Below, in pieces: positions 7,878 to 17,245 of a stretch of 55,058 nucleotides of DNA. The notes below the pieces were generated by a model. It was given only the letters and a program-made list of their open reading frames with translations. It made no database searches and was not told where the DNA came from. Both the position numbers and the translations under genes were made by a program. Every line of letters starts with the position of its first letter. Position 1 is the first letter of the stretch. The DNA comes from Erysipelotrichaceae bacterium (GTDB lineage Bacteria; Bacillota_I; Bacilli_A; Erysipelotrichales; Erysipelotrichaceae). Location: positions 1 to 55,058 of the forward strand of contig JAFZDT010000139.1 of assembly GCA_017561055.1 (NCBI GenBank), given 5' to 3'.

Positions 7878-8888
7878 ATGATTGAAGTAATTGAAAAAAG
7901 GAATAATGGAATAGAAATCATTCGTCTTAGTAATAATTGTTTGGTTGTTGATGTGATGAATCTTGGTTGTACCATTTTGAAGTTTAAAACAAAGGACAAA
8001 GATGGAATTATGCAAGATGTTGTTTTGGGATATGAGCATCCTGAAGAGTATTTACAATATGATGGATATCTTGGTGCAATTGTAGGTAGGGTTGCGAATC
8101 GTATAAAATGTGGGAAATTTGTATTAAATGATGTTGAATATAATTTGCCAATTAATAATGGTCCTAATTCTTTGCATGGTGGTAATCAGGGTTTTGATAA
8201 GCGATATTTTAATTATGAAATACATAATGAGCAATTGATCTTTCATTATCTAAGTAAAGATATGGAAGAAGGATATCCTGGAAATGTATCACTTACAGTA
8301 ATTTATGAATTGGAAGATGATAAATTAATTATTTCTTATAGTGCGACTACAGATAAGGATACTATCATTAATGTTTCTAATCATTCATATTTTAATTTAG
8401 ATGGATTACCAACTAATATTGGTGAACATGAACTTAGAATTGATGCGGATAGTATTGCAAAAATTGATGCGGATGTATTAGTGACTGGGGAAATATTGAA
8501 TGTGGAAAATACACCATTTGATTTTAGAGAATCAATACAAATAAAAGAACATTTATATAAAGAATATGAACAGTTATCATATGCATTGGGTATTGATCAT
8601 CCATTTATTTTTACATCTACAGAAAATCAAGTAACATTATATTCCAGTAAAACAGGAATTGAATTAATTATTTCCACAGATTTGCCGCAAGCGCAAGTGT
8701 ATAGTGCGAATTATTTAGATGGTAGACTGGGTAAAAATGGATTACCAATGGCTGAAAAGAGTGGTTTGTGTATTGAAACCCAAATGATGCCGAATGATAT
8801 TAATTTTAATCCAAATTCGAAAACGATTCTTAGAAAGGGAGAACGATATGAGTCTAAAACTTCATATCAATTGAGGGTAAGAACATGA
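7878..8888 (+). CDS. galM: Aldose 1-epimerase (galactose mutarotase)
   Basis: The motifs GAIVGRVANRI and NSLHGG are characteristic of mutarotases. It is coupled to the next gene by an ATGA overlap. Confidence 0.88.
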   Translation: MIEVIEKRNNGIEIIRLSNNCLVVDVMNLGCTILKFKTKDKDGIMQDVVLGYEHPEEYLQYDGYLGAIVGRVANRIKCGKFVLNDVEYNLPINNGPNSLHGGNQGFDKRYFNYEIHNEQLIFHYLSKDMEEGYPGNVSLTVIYELEDDKLIISYSATTDKDTIINVSNHSYFNLDGLPTNIGEHELRIDADSIAKIDADVLVTGEILNVENTPFDFRESIQIKEHLYKEYEQLSYALGIDHPFIFTSTENQVTLYSSKTGIELIISTDLPQAQVYSANYLDGRLGKNGLPMAEKSGLCIETQMMPNDINFNPNSKTILRKGERYESKTSYQLRVRT

Positions 8889-10156
8889 AAGCAACAACAT
8901 TATTAAAACAATTTAAAGAAAATGCATTCCAAGATAGAATTATTGATTTGTATGAGGATGAGACATTGCTTAATTATCAACAATCTCGTTATTGTACTGC
9001 TATTGGAAAATTTATAGATTTATATGGTGATTTAGATGTTGAAGTTTATAGTGTCCCTGGTCGTTCTGAAGTAGGTGGAAATCATACAGATCATCAACAT
9101 GGTCGTGTTTTGGCAGCGAGTGTTAATCTTGATGCGATTGCGATTGTTGCGAAAGATGAAAATGTAGTTAAAGTTGTATCGGATAATTTTGATATTAAAG
9201 AAATTGATATTTGTGATCTAGATAAGAAAGATGATGAAAAAGCAACTTCAGAAGCCTTGATTCGTGGTGTTTTAGCAGGTCTTAAGAAAGAGGGAGCTAA
9301 TATTGGTGGTTTTAAAGCCTATATTACTAGTGATGTATTAATTGGTGCAGGATTATCTTCTTCGGCTGCTTTTGAAGTGATGATTGGTACAATTGTGAAT
9401 GGTCTATATAATGATATGAGTGTTGATAAAGTTACAATTGCAAAAATTGGACAATTTGCTGAGAATGTATATTTTGAAAAACCTTGTGGATTAATGGATC
9501 AATGTGCTTGTTCAGTTGGTAGTTTAATTAGTATTGATTTTAATGATCCTGCTAGTCCAATTGTGTCTAAGATGGATGTTGATTTTTCTCAATTCAATCA
9601 TAGTTTATGTATTGTAGATACTAAAGGTTCTCATGCGGATTTGACTGATGAATATGCGGCGGTTCCAGCTGAAATGAAGGAAGTCGCTGCTTTATTTGGG
9701 AAACAATTCTTACGTGATGTAGATGTGAATGAATTCTTTGGAAAGATTAGTGATGTTAGAGAAAAAACGAATGATCGAGCAGTGTTGCGTGCGATTCATT
9801 TCTTTGAGGAAAATGAAAGAGTGGTTCGTTTAGTCGCTGCATTAAATAATAAAGATTTTGATAATTTTAAACGTGAGATTACGAATTCTGGTAATTCAAG
9901 TTATAAGTATTTACAAAATGTATTCTCTACTAAAGATGTGAAGAATCAAAGTGTATCAATAGCATTGGCTATGTCTGAACATATTTTACAAAATCATGGA
10001 GTATGTAGAGTACATGGTGGTGGTTTTGCTGGTACGATTCAAGCGTTTGTTGAAAATGGATATGTAGATACTTATAAAGCGGAAATTGAAAAAGTGTTTG
10101 GTAAAGATAGTTGTCATGTATTGAAGATAAGAAAATATGGTGGAGTAAAATTTTAA
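8885..10156 (+). CDS. galK: Galactokinase-family GHMP sugar kinase
   Basis: A GalK-like N-terminal signature is present (PGRSEVGGNHTDHQHG), as is the GHMP motif GAGLSSSAAFEV. It sits next to galM and galE. Confidence 0.82.
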   Translation: MKATTLLKQFKENAFQDRIIDLYEDETLLNYQQSRYCTAIGKFIDLYGDLDVEVYSVPGRSEVGGNHTDHQHGRVLAASVNLDAIAIVAKDENVVKVVSDNFDIKEIDICDLDKKDDEKATSEALIRGVLAGLKKEGANIGGFKAYITSDVLIGAGLSSSAAFEVMIGTIVNGLYNDMSVDKVTIAKIGQFAENVYFEKPCGLMDQCACSVGSLISIDFNDPASPIVSKMDVDFSQFNHSLCIVDTKGSHADLTDEYAAVPAEMKEVAALFGKQFLRDVDVNEFFGKISDVREKTNDRAVLRAIHFFEENERVVRLVAALNNKDFDNFKREITNSGNSSYKYLQNVFSTKDVKNQSVSIALAMSEHILQNHGVCRVHGGGFAGTIQAFVENGYVDTYKAEIEKVFGKDSCHVLKIRKYGGVKF

Positions 10157-10181
10157 TAAGTAATTTGAATTTAATTTTTGA

Positions 10182-10210
10182 GGTATATGTATAATGCATA
10201 TACCTTTTCA
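10182..10210 (+). terminator. Intrinsic terminator after galK
   Basis: GGTATATG (10182-10189) pairs with CATATACC (10197-10204), followed by TTTT. Confidence 0.75.
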
Positions 10211-10253
10211 TTTTGGTTATGCTACAATAAAAACAATGAAAGAAGTGTAGAAG

Positions 10254-11621
10254 ATGGAAAGAAAGAGAAATGATTTTTCTAAAGGTCCTATATGGAAATG
10301 TATTGTTGCGCAAGCAATTCCTTTAACTGTGGCTCAATTAGTACAGCTTCTATACAATGTTGTTGATAGAATTTATTTAGGTCACTTATCTGATGCGAAT
10401 AGTTTAGCATTAACAGGTGTTGGTTTATCTTTACCAGTAATTACCTTAATCATGGCATTTACAGCTTTGTTTGGTGTTGGTGGTGTTCCTTTGTTCTCTA
10501 TTGAAAGAGGTAAAGGGAATGAAGATAAAGCAAGTCGAATTATGGGGAATTCTTTTGCATTATTATTAGTAAGTGCAATCGTACTAATGATTTTTGGATA
10601 TACTTTTTGTGAACCTATTTTGTATGCGTTTGGTGCTAGTGATGAGTCCTATGTTTTTGCTAGTCAATATTTACAAATCTATTTAATGGGTACCATGTTT
10701 TCTATGATGAGTACAGGTATGAATGGATATATTAATGCCCAAGGTTTTCCTAAAATAGGTATGTTTTCCATTATTATTGGTGCTGTCATTAATATTATAT
10801 TAGACCCTATCTTTATTTTTGTTTTTGATATGGGTGTTGCTGGTGCAGCTATGGCTACTATCATAAGTCAGTGTTGTTCTGCTATTTGGGTATTGTCTTT
10901 CTTATTTGGTAAGAAGATTAGTATTCCATTACAATTAGAAAAGATTCGTATTAAAAAGGATATTACCTTGAGTATTCTTAAATTAGGTACTGCAAATTTT
11001 ATTATGCAAGGAACGAATTTCTTTGTACAAGTTTCTTGTAATACAATGTTACAAAGTTATGGTGGAGATTTGTTTGTTGGTATTATGACAGTAACGAATA
11101 GTATTCGTGAGATTGTGATGTTACCGATTTCGGGAATGATTCATGGTTCGCAACCTGTATTGGGATTTAATTATGGTGCTAAGAAGTATGATCGAGTAAG
11201 AGCGGGTATTCGTTTTAATACTTTGGTTGGAAGTATCTATATGATGATTGCTTGGTTATTGGTGTTTGTATTCCCTGAGTTTTTCTTTGGTATTTTCTCG
11301 GATGATGTTGCGATGTTACAACATGGTGTAGAAGCGATTCATATTTACTTCTTTGGTTTTGTGTTTATGGCATTTCAATTGACTGGTCAATCAACATTCC
11401 AATCAGTTGGTGATGCGAAACATGCGATTATGTTCTCATTGCTACGTAAAGCTATCATTGTTGTGCCTTTAACTTTATTATTACCAAGATTAGGTTTTGG
11501 AGTTATGGGTGTCTTTATGGCAGAACCAATTAGTAATGTTATAGGTGGTATTGCTTGTTATACAACCATGCGTATGACGGTTTATAAACAATTAAGTGTG
11601 AATGCAGAGGTAGTATCATGA
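10254..11621 (+). CDS. MATE family efflux transporter
   Basis: 455 aa. The MatE-type N-terminus (GPIWKCIVAQAIPLTVAQLVQLLYNVVDRIYLG) is present and the profile is polytopic. Confidence 0.87.
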   Translation: MERKRNDFSKGPIWKCIVAQAIPLTVAQLVQLLYNVVDRIYLGHLSDANSLALTGVGLSLPVITLIMAFTALFGVGGVPLFSIERGKGNEDKASRIMGNSFALLLVSAIVLMIFGYTFCEPILYAFGASDESYVFASQYLQIYLMGTMFSMMSTGMNGYINAQGFPKIGMFSIIIGAVINIILDPIFIFVFDMGVAGAAMATIISQCCSAIWVLSFLFGKKISIPLQLEKIRIKKDITLSILKLGTANFIMQGTNFFVQVSCNTMLQSYGGDLFVGIMTVTNSIREIVMLPISGMIHGSQPVLGFNYGAKKYDRVRAGIRFNTLVGSIYMMIAWLLVFVFPEFFFGIFSDDVAMLQHGVEAIHIYFFGFVFMAFQLTGQSTFQSVGDAKHAIMFSLLRKAIIVVPLTLLLPRLGFGVMGVFMAEPISNVIGGIACYTTMRMTVYKQLSVNAEVVS

Positions 11622-11842
11622 AGTGTCCTTGTTGTAATGAAGAAATGGAAAAAGGTATGATTGAAAGTGGTCGTGAAGTCTTTTATTCTACTAAACTAAG
11701 AAAAGGAAAGTTTTTCTTTCATGGTGCGGGTGGAGATGTACGATTAACAGAAAAGAATTGGACATATCCACAAAGAGAAGCTTATCGTTGTGTAAAGTGT
11801 AAATATGTTGTCGTTCCATACGAGGATAAAGATAGACGCTAA
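11618..11842 (+). CDS. Small zinc-ribbon protein (two CxxC pairs)
   Basis: 74 aa with MKCPCC ... CVKC. The start overlaps the MATE stop as ATGA. Confidence 0.6.
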   Translation: MKCPCCNEEMEKGMIESGREVFYSTKLRKGKFFFHGAGGDVRLTEKNWTYPQREAYRCVKCKYVVVPYEDKDRR

Positions 11843-11860
11843 TTATAGGAGGATGAATTT

Positions 11861-13006
11861 ATGAGTTTACGAATTGAAAGATGTTTAGAAGAAATTAGAA
11901 ATGCACATTTAGATGGTGTAGTCTATGCACAAGGAGCTAATTTTCAATATTTAAGTGAATGTACTAGTTACTTTTGGCAACGTCATAGTATGAATAATAT
12001 TATGGGTAGATTTTCTGCAAAGGTATTACCTGAAGTATTGATTTATATGAATAAAGAAGGGAAACGTACAATTGTTAGTATTCCTCAATATCGTAATTGT
12101 TTTGAAGGTCATGATGTTGTTATTAGTTATATGGACCAATGGGAAGATACATTATCTAAAATTATTGATGGTAAGAAAATTGGTATTGGACATGATTGTC
12201 ATGAATTTTTAGAAGCAACTTTAAAAGAAGTGGATAAAGAAATTGAAGTAGTTGATGCGGAACCATTATTTTTTGAATTAAGAGCATGTAAAGATGAAGT
12301 TGAAATTGCACAAATGCGCAAGTTAGCGAAGTTTACTGATGATGCTGTAATGTATGTAGTCAATAATTTAAAAGAAGGTATGACACAATATGATGCAGAG
12401 AAATTATTAATGGATTATGGTATGTTCCATGGTATTCAAGATTTCTCTTTTAGTCCTACTTGTGGTTTTAAGACTAGAGGAACTTTTACACCTGAACAAA
12501 ATTTTGAATTTCCTAGAGATAGTAAATTAGTTAAGGGTACGGGTATTGCTTTTGATGTTGGATATATGGATAAAGGCTATTGTAGTGACTGGGGTAGAAC
12601 TGTGTATTTTGGTAAGGCTCCTGAACGTGTTAAAAAAGCATATGAAGCATTACAGGCTGGACAACAATATATGGTCAGTAAGATTGTACCTAATCAAACA
12701 AATGTGAATGAATTGTTTGATTTAGTATATGAAGAAGTAGAGCGTAGAGGTTTTGGTGATGTTTTACGTCATAAAGAGTTGGGTATGTTAGGACATCAAA
12801 TTGGTATTGATTGTCATGAATTCCCAATGTTGAATCGTGCTACTGATGCTGTATTACGTCCAGGTATGATTTTCTGTTCAGAACCTAAGATTATGATTGA
12901 AGGCGAATGTTTTATGCGTGTTGAAGATATGGTTTTAGTTACTGAAACTGGAGCAGAATTTTTAACAAACTTTGATCGCACATTATTTGAGGTTGGAAAT
13001 GATTAA
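11861..13006 (+). CDS. M24-family peptidase (Xaa-Pro aminopeptidase/dipeptidase-like)
   Basis: A C-terminal pita-bread fold pattern is present (GIAFDVGYMDKGYCSDWGRT, GHQIGIDCHEFP, MRVEDMVLVTETG). Confidence 0.85.
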   Translation: MSLRIERCLEEIRNAHLDGVVYAQGANFQYLSECTSYFWQRHSMNNIMGRFSAKVLPEVLIYMNKEGKRTIVSIPQYRNCFEGHDVVISYMDQWEDTLSKIIDGKKIGIGHDCHEFLEATLKEVDKEIEVVDAEPLFFELRACKDEVEIAQMRKLAKFTDDAVMYVVNNLKEGMTQYDAEKLLMDYGMFHGIQDFSFSPTCGFKTRGTFTPEQNFEFPRDSKLVKGTGIAFDVGYMDKGYCSDWGRTVYFGKAPERVKKAYEALQAGQQYMVSKIVPNQTNVNELFDLVYEEVERRGFGDVLRHKELGMLGHQIGIDCHEFPMLNRATDAVLRPGMIFCSEPKIMIEGECFMRVEDMVLVTETGAEFLTNFDRTLFEVGND

Positions 13007-13328
13007 TTTTTATACGTGTAGAAATTTACAAGAAACTGAAGAGTTCTGGTTGAAGATGGGATTGGAAGTATATATGAGACAACCCAATACTATTATCTTT
13101 GATTCTAAAGAAGGTATGGTAGGATTTATTGAGTCTAAAGAACATATGATTCCGAAGTATTCTTGTATCTCTTTGGTTGTTAATACAAAAGAAGAAGTGG
13201 ATAGAAAATATTGTGAATTGAAAGAATATGCATTGGATAAACCGAAGGTTCATCCAACTGCACCAGTCTATTCATTTTTCTTGATGGATCCTAATGGTTA
13301 TAAAGTAGAATTTCAACAATTTATTTAA
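12999..13328 (+). CDS. VOC/glyoxalase-family small protein
   Basis: The C-terminus FFLMDPNGYKVEF is typical of VOC domains. ATG 12999 overlaps the upstream stop (ATGATTAA), so the track start 12972 is less likely. Confidence 0.6.
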   Translation: MINFYTCRNLQETEEFWLKMGLEVYMRQPNTIIFDSKEGMVGFIESKEHMIPKYSCISLVVNTKEEVDRKYCELKEYALDKPKVHPTAPVYSFFLMDPNGYKVEFQQFI

Positions 13329-13351
13329 GCACTAATAATAGTGCTTTTTTT
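13327..13351 (+). terminator. Intrinsic terminator
   Basis: AAGCACT pairs with AGTGCTT across a 6-nt loop, followed by T7. Confidence 0.8.
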
Positions 13352-13458
13352 GTGTGCAATAGATGAACTTTTGATGAATATGAATTATTACCTATATATT
13401 AATCTTGGTAATTATGTATAATAAAACTAACAAGAGATTGTCTGAAGGAGGTCAAATT

Positions 13459-14337
13459 ATGAAAAAATTATTGGTAATCATGATGGTTTTGGGGTGTTTG
13501 TTTGGTTGTAACAAAAACAACAATATTGAAGGAAATGAAGTATTTGTAACTTTTGATGGTTATGGCCTTCATAATGGTATGTTGAAAGTAAATACAACTA
13601 CAACAAATGAAGAAACAGTTTCTATTGATTTGGTATCTATGGGAGGAAATGAAACGGTTTCGGATATTTTAAAAAAGAATGAAGTCACAAGTATTGAAGC
13701 GGTAAATGAAAATGATATATTTGAAGGATGGTTAATTTTTAAAACGACATATACTGCTCAAGAGGATGGTACTGATTTAGTTTCTCATACATTATTATCT
13801 AACACACTATATACAACAGAAGAATTATTGAATTATAAAGTAACAGATTTCAATATTACGGTTGTGGCTAAATGGGCTACTTTGGATTCTAATTTATATT
13901 TTGTTGAAGATGATATGATGATTGATAGCGATACAACTGGCGCATTTGTTTTTCATGCTGGGGATGGTACGATTAAATTAGATGTGACAAATGATAAGGG
14001 ATTATCTGAGACGAAACAATATACGTATTGGTTGGAAGATGGTCAAAGTATTGCGGACTTATTAACAAGTGATATGTGGCAAAGTTTCACCAATGTAGAA
14101 TGTGAAGGAAAAACTTTCAGTGGATGGCAATTGTATGAGGCTACTGCAGTTCGTTGGAATGAGAAAAAATCAACAAGTTCAATTGAACAATCTTTTGAGT
14201 ATGATGTGGATAACGTGGATTTTAAATACATTATCTTAGAAAATTGTACAAGTGTTGATGGATTGAAAACCACTGAAGATGTAGTGAATATGAAAAACTA
14301 TAGTAAAGTGTATTATGCTGTAGCTATGTGGAAATAA
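13459..14337 (+). CDS. Lipoprotein of unknown function
   Basis: The signal peptide MKKLLVIMMVLGCLFGC has a lipobox (LFGC). SD GGAGG lies upstream of ATG 13459. Two F-x-GW modules are present. Confidence 0.7.
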   Translation: MKKLLVIMMVLGCLFGCNKNNNIEGNEVFVTFDGYGLHNGMLKVNTTTTNEETVSIDLVSMGGNETVSDILKKNEVTSIEAVNENDIFEGWLIFKTTYTAQEDGTDLVSHTLLSNTLYTTEELLNYKVTDFNITVVAKWATLDSNLYFVEDDMMIDSDTTGAFVFHAGDGTIKLDVTNDKGLSETKQYTYWLEDGQSIADLLTSDMWQSFTNVECEGKTFSGWQLYEATAVRWNEKKSTSSIEQSFEYDVDNVDFKYIILENCTSVDGLKTTEDVVNMKNYSKVYYAVAMWK

Positions 14338-14404
14338 ACTAAAAGATAGAAGTTATTACAAGTTGTAGTAACTTCTTTTGTGTATATGATACAATTATGC
14401 ACAG

Positions 14405-15589
14405 GTGATACAAATGTACTATAGACAAGATAAATATGGAAATGAAATATCTTTATTAGGATTTGGTTGTATGCGTTTTGCTAGAAATGCAGTTGGTAAA
14501 ACAGATATTGAAAAAACAGAACAACAAATTCTAGAAGCAATTAATAATGGTGTAAATTATTTTGATACGGCGTATATCTATCCTGAGAGTGAAAGTGTAT
14601 TAGGAACGATTTTAAAGAAGAATCATGTTAGAGAAAAGGTAAATATTGCGACTAAGTTGCCTCATTATCTAATCAAGAATAAAGAAGGTTTGGATAAGAT
14701 TTTTAATGAAGAATTAAAAAGATTACAAACGACATATGTTGATTATTATTTAATGCATATGTTAGCTGATGTAGATACATGGAAACGATTAGTGGATATC
14801 GGCATTGTTGAATGGATTGAAGAGAAAAAGAGTAAAGGTATTATCAAACAAATAGGATTTTCATATCATGGTAATTCTGATATGTTTTGTAAGCTAGTTG
14901 ATGTATATGATTGGGATTTCTGTCAAATTCAATATAACTATATGGATGAACATACTCAAGCTGGTAGAAGAGGGTTGCAGTATGCACATAGTAAAAATCT
15001 TGCGGTTATTATTATGGAACCATTACGTGGTGGAAAATTAGTCAGTCGTTTGCCACAAGAAGCATTAGATATATTTAGTAAATATCCTAAGAAACATACG
15101 GCTGCTCAATGGGCTTTTAAATGGTTATTCAATCAAAAAGAAATTACTTGTGTATTGAGTGGTATGAATTCGATGGAAATGGTTAAAGATAATATTCATA
15201 CGGCTTCTACAACAAGTATTAATGAACTAACAGTGGAAGATGAAGCTATGTTACAAGAAGTAGTAAATGTGTTAAATCGTAAGATGAAGATTGGATGTAC
15301 TGGATGTGCGTATTGTATGCCTTGTCCAAAGGGAGTGGATATTCCAGGTAGTTTTGCGGCATATAATAGGATGTATACGGAAAGCAAATTCTGGGGATGG
15401 GCTGAGTATATGATGTGTACAGCTTTGCGTAAAAACACAACATCAGCTTCTAATTGTATTGAATGTGGTAAATGTGAGAAACATTGTCCACAAGGTATTA
15501 AGATTCGAGAAGAATTAAAGAATGTAAAGAAGATGGAGAATCTACCATATAAATTCGTATTAGCGATTAAGAAGGTTATTAAGTTTTAA
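14405..15589 (+). CDS. Aldo/keto reductase with C-terminal 4Fe-4S cluster domain
   Basis: An AKR N-terminal pattern is present (LGFGCMRF, NYFDTAYIY). The C-terminal Cys clusters are CTGCAYCMPCP and CIECGKCEKHCP. The true start may be ATG 14414. Confidence 0.85.
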   Translation: MIQMYYRQDKYGNEISLLGFGCMRFARNAVGKTDIEKTEQQILEAINNGVNYFDTAYIYPESESVLGTILKKNHVREKVNIATKLPHYLIKNKEGLDKIFNEELKRLQTTYVDYYLMHMLADVDTWKRLVDIGIVEWIEEKKSKGIIKQIGFSYHGNSDMFCKLVDVYDWDFCQIQYNYMDEHTQAGRRGLQYAHSKNLAVIIMEPLRGGKLVSRLPQEALDIFSKYPKKHTAAQWAFKWLFNQKEITCVLSGMNSMEMVKDNIHTASTTSINELTVEDEAMLQEVVNVLNRKMKIGCTGCAYCMPCPKGVDIPGSFAAYNRMYTESKFWGWAEYMMCTALRKNTTSASNCIECGKCEKHCPQGIKIREELKNVKKMENLPYKFVLAIKKVIKF

Positions 15590-15649
15590 CCTTCTTTTTT
15601 AATCGAAAAGAAAAGAACACTTTTGAAATGTGTCCTTTATAACTACTAT

Positions 15650-17005
15650 TTATATTTTAACTATCCAATAACCTGTTTTATTCGAACCGACTCTCTCAAT
15701 TATATTTTTCTTTTTTAGAGAATCAATAATTCTTTGAATCGTTCGAACATTTCGATAAGCTATTTTAGACAAAGAAGCACGTGTAATACATGGATTGGCT
15801 TTAATCTCATCTAATACTAGTTTTTCTAATTCAGAAAGTATTGGCGAATTGTCATTGGTTATGTAATTAGCAGTTGTACTTTTGATGACTAAAGGAAAAT
15901 TTCTTAAGAAATAAAACCAAAAACCATCATATTCTTTTTCATAATATAGTTTAATTGCATTTTTATTACACAAAGTATAGGTTTTTCTAAAACCAGTACC
16001 CCATGTTTCTACAGCATTACACTTAAATAAAACCTCACAAATTAATTCATTTCTAACCTTAGAAGATAAATTTTTATTTACAAAATCTTCAGGAGTATAT
16101 CCATCAGGAAAAGAACCCGGATTATATATAGCGATTTTGCTAGGATGTATATCAATTTCATGTTTACTTAAACTAAGATAATTAGCGTGGGCAAAACTAT
16201 TAATCAATATTTCGCGAAGTGCATCTAAGGGTATCTCAGGAGTTTCTATTCTTTCAAAATTTACAATTTTAGCTTCCCAATTCATATGCTTTTTTATGTA
16301 CTTTTCACATTCTTCAATAAGTATAAATATATTACCTTTTATAGGATTGATATCAATAAAAGTTTGTTTTTCATTAGTAGCAAAAACTGCTAATTTAATA
16401 GTAATTGGATTTTTATTAGAAAATAAAAGTTTTCCAGCATTGTTTAAATGTATACCATCATCCGCAATCAAATGAAGTCTAGATAATAATTCCACTTTAT
16501 CATATTGCATATATGGTAATCTTCCAGAACTTATTGATTTAGCATGAAATAACTGTAATTGGTTTTCGTCGATATCATCTATGGTATTATCAGATGCTTG
16601 ATTTTCCCAATTCGTATAGTTTGTAGATAGAATCATTTCTGTAAGTTCTGATGGAGCAACTTTTCTACTTTCGTCCGCAACCCTTTTGTAATATCTTCCA
16701 TCAGCTGAATATGGTTTTTGATTACCATTAAAACATACTTTAATTACATTTTTATCTTCAATTCGCATTATTTCAATTGTTGGATATATTTGTGGTTTGA
16801 TTTGTTCATAGATTTTTCGAGAAACATCTCGAGTGGTTGATTCACTAATATCCATTCCGCAAATATCACCATTATTTCTAACTCCAAAATATAGTGTGCC
16901 TTTTCCGTGCTTATTCAACATTGCAGTTATATCAATGATAGCTTCATTGAGTTCGGAAGTAGATTTTTTAAATTCTAATAATTCGTTTTCAATGCCTAGA
17001 TTCAT
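15650..17005 (-). CDS. AlbA_2/Schlafen-like (divergent AAA) DNA-binding protein with C-terminal winged HTH
   Basis: The N-terminus E..LEFKKS...A.LN..GG.LYFGV is the AlbA_2 signature. The C-terminus ITRASLSKIAYRNVRTIQRIIDSLKKKNIIERVG looks like a wHTH. This family is often mis-annotated as RecG-like. Confidence 0.75.
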   Translation of the reverse strand: MNLGIENELLEFKKSTSELNEAIIDITAMLNKHGKGTLYFGVRNNGDICGMDISESTTRDVSRKIYEQIKPQIYPTIEIMRIEDKNVIKVCFNGNQKPYSADGRYYKRVADESRKVAPSELTEMILSTNYTNWENQASDNTIDDIDENQLQLFHAKSISSGRLPYMQYDKVELLSRLHLIADDGIHLNNAGKLLFSNKNPITIKLAVFATNEKQTFIDINPIKGNIFILIEECEKYIKKHMNWEAKIVNFERIETPEIPLDALREILINSFAHANYLSLSKHEIDIHPSKIAIYNPGSFPDGYTPEDFVNKNLSSKVRNELICEVLFKCNAVETWGTGFRKTYTLCNKNAIKLYYEKEYDGFWFYFLRNFPLVIKSTTANYITNDNSPILSELEKLVLDEIKANPCITRASLSKIAYRNVRTIQRIIDSLKKKNIIERVGSNKTGYWIVKI

Positions 17006-17039
17006 AGTTTTCCTCCTTATTGAATATATAATATTGTTA

Positions 17040-17075
17040 AAATGTCATTATAAATGTCACTATAAATGTCACTAT
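17040..17075. repeat. Three tandem 12-nt direct repeats (AAATGTCAYTAT) in the upstream region of the AlbA_2 gene
   Basis: 17040-17051 is AAATGTCATTAT. 17052-17063 and 17064-17075 are both AAATGTCACTAT. The array starts 35 nt upstream of start codon 17005 on the minus strand. Confidence 0.9.
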
Positions 17076-17245
17076 AAAAACTATTTTTCTTTAGGATTAT
17101 TATACTATAGACAAAAATGAGGAAAGCATAAACGAGAAGTGGCTTCTAGATGCTAAAAATTATTTAACAATCGTATTTCAAGAGTTATAAATAAAATAAT
17201 CATAGTATATAATGATTCTACGAATATAACATGGAGGTATAGTCT

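Noticed and set aside
6743-10156. An incomplete Leloir pathway (galE, galM and galK present but no galT)
   Set aside because: galT may lie elsewhere in the genome. Absence from a 55-kb window is not evidence of loss.
16833-17120. A + strand ORF containing CHYKCHYKCHYK
   Set aside because: It is a translation artefact of the three 12-nt iterons and is antisense to the 5' end of the AlbA_2 gene. No SD is present.
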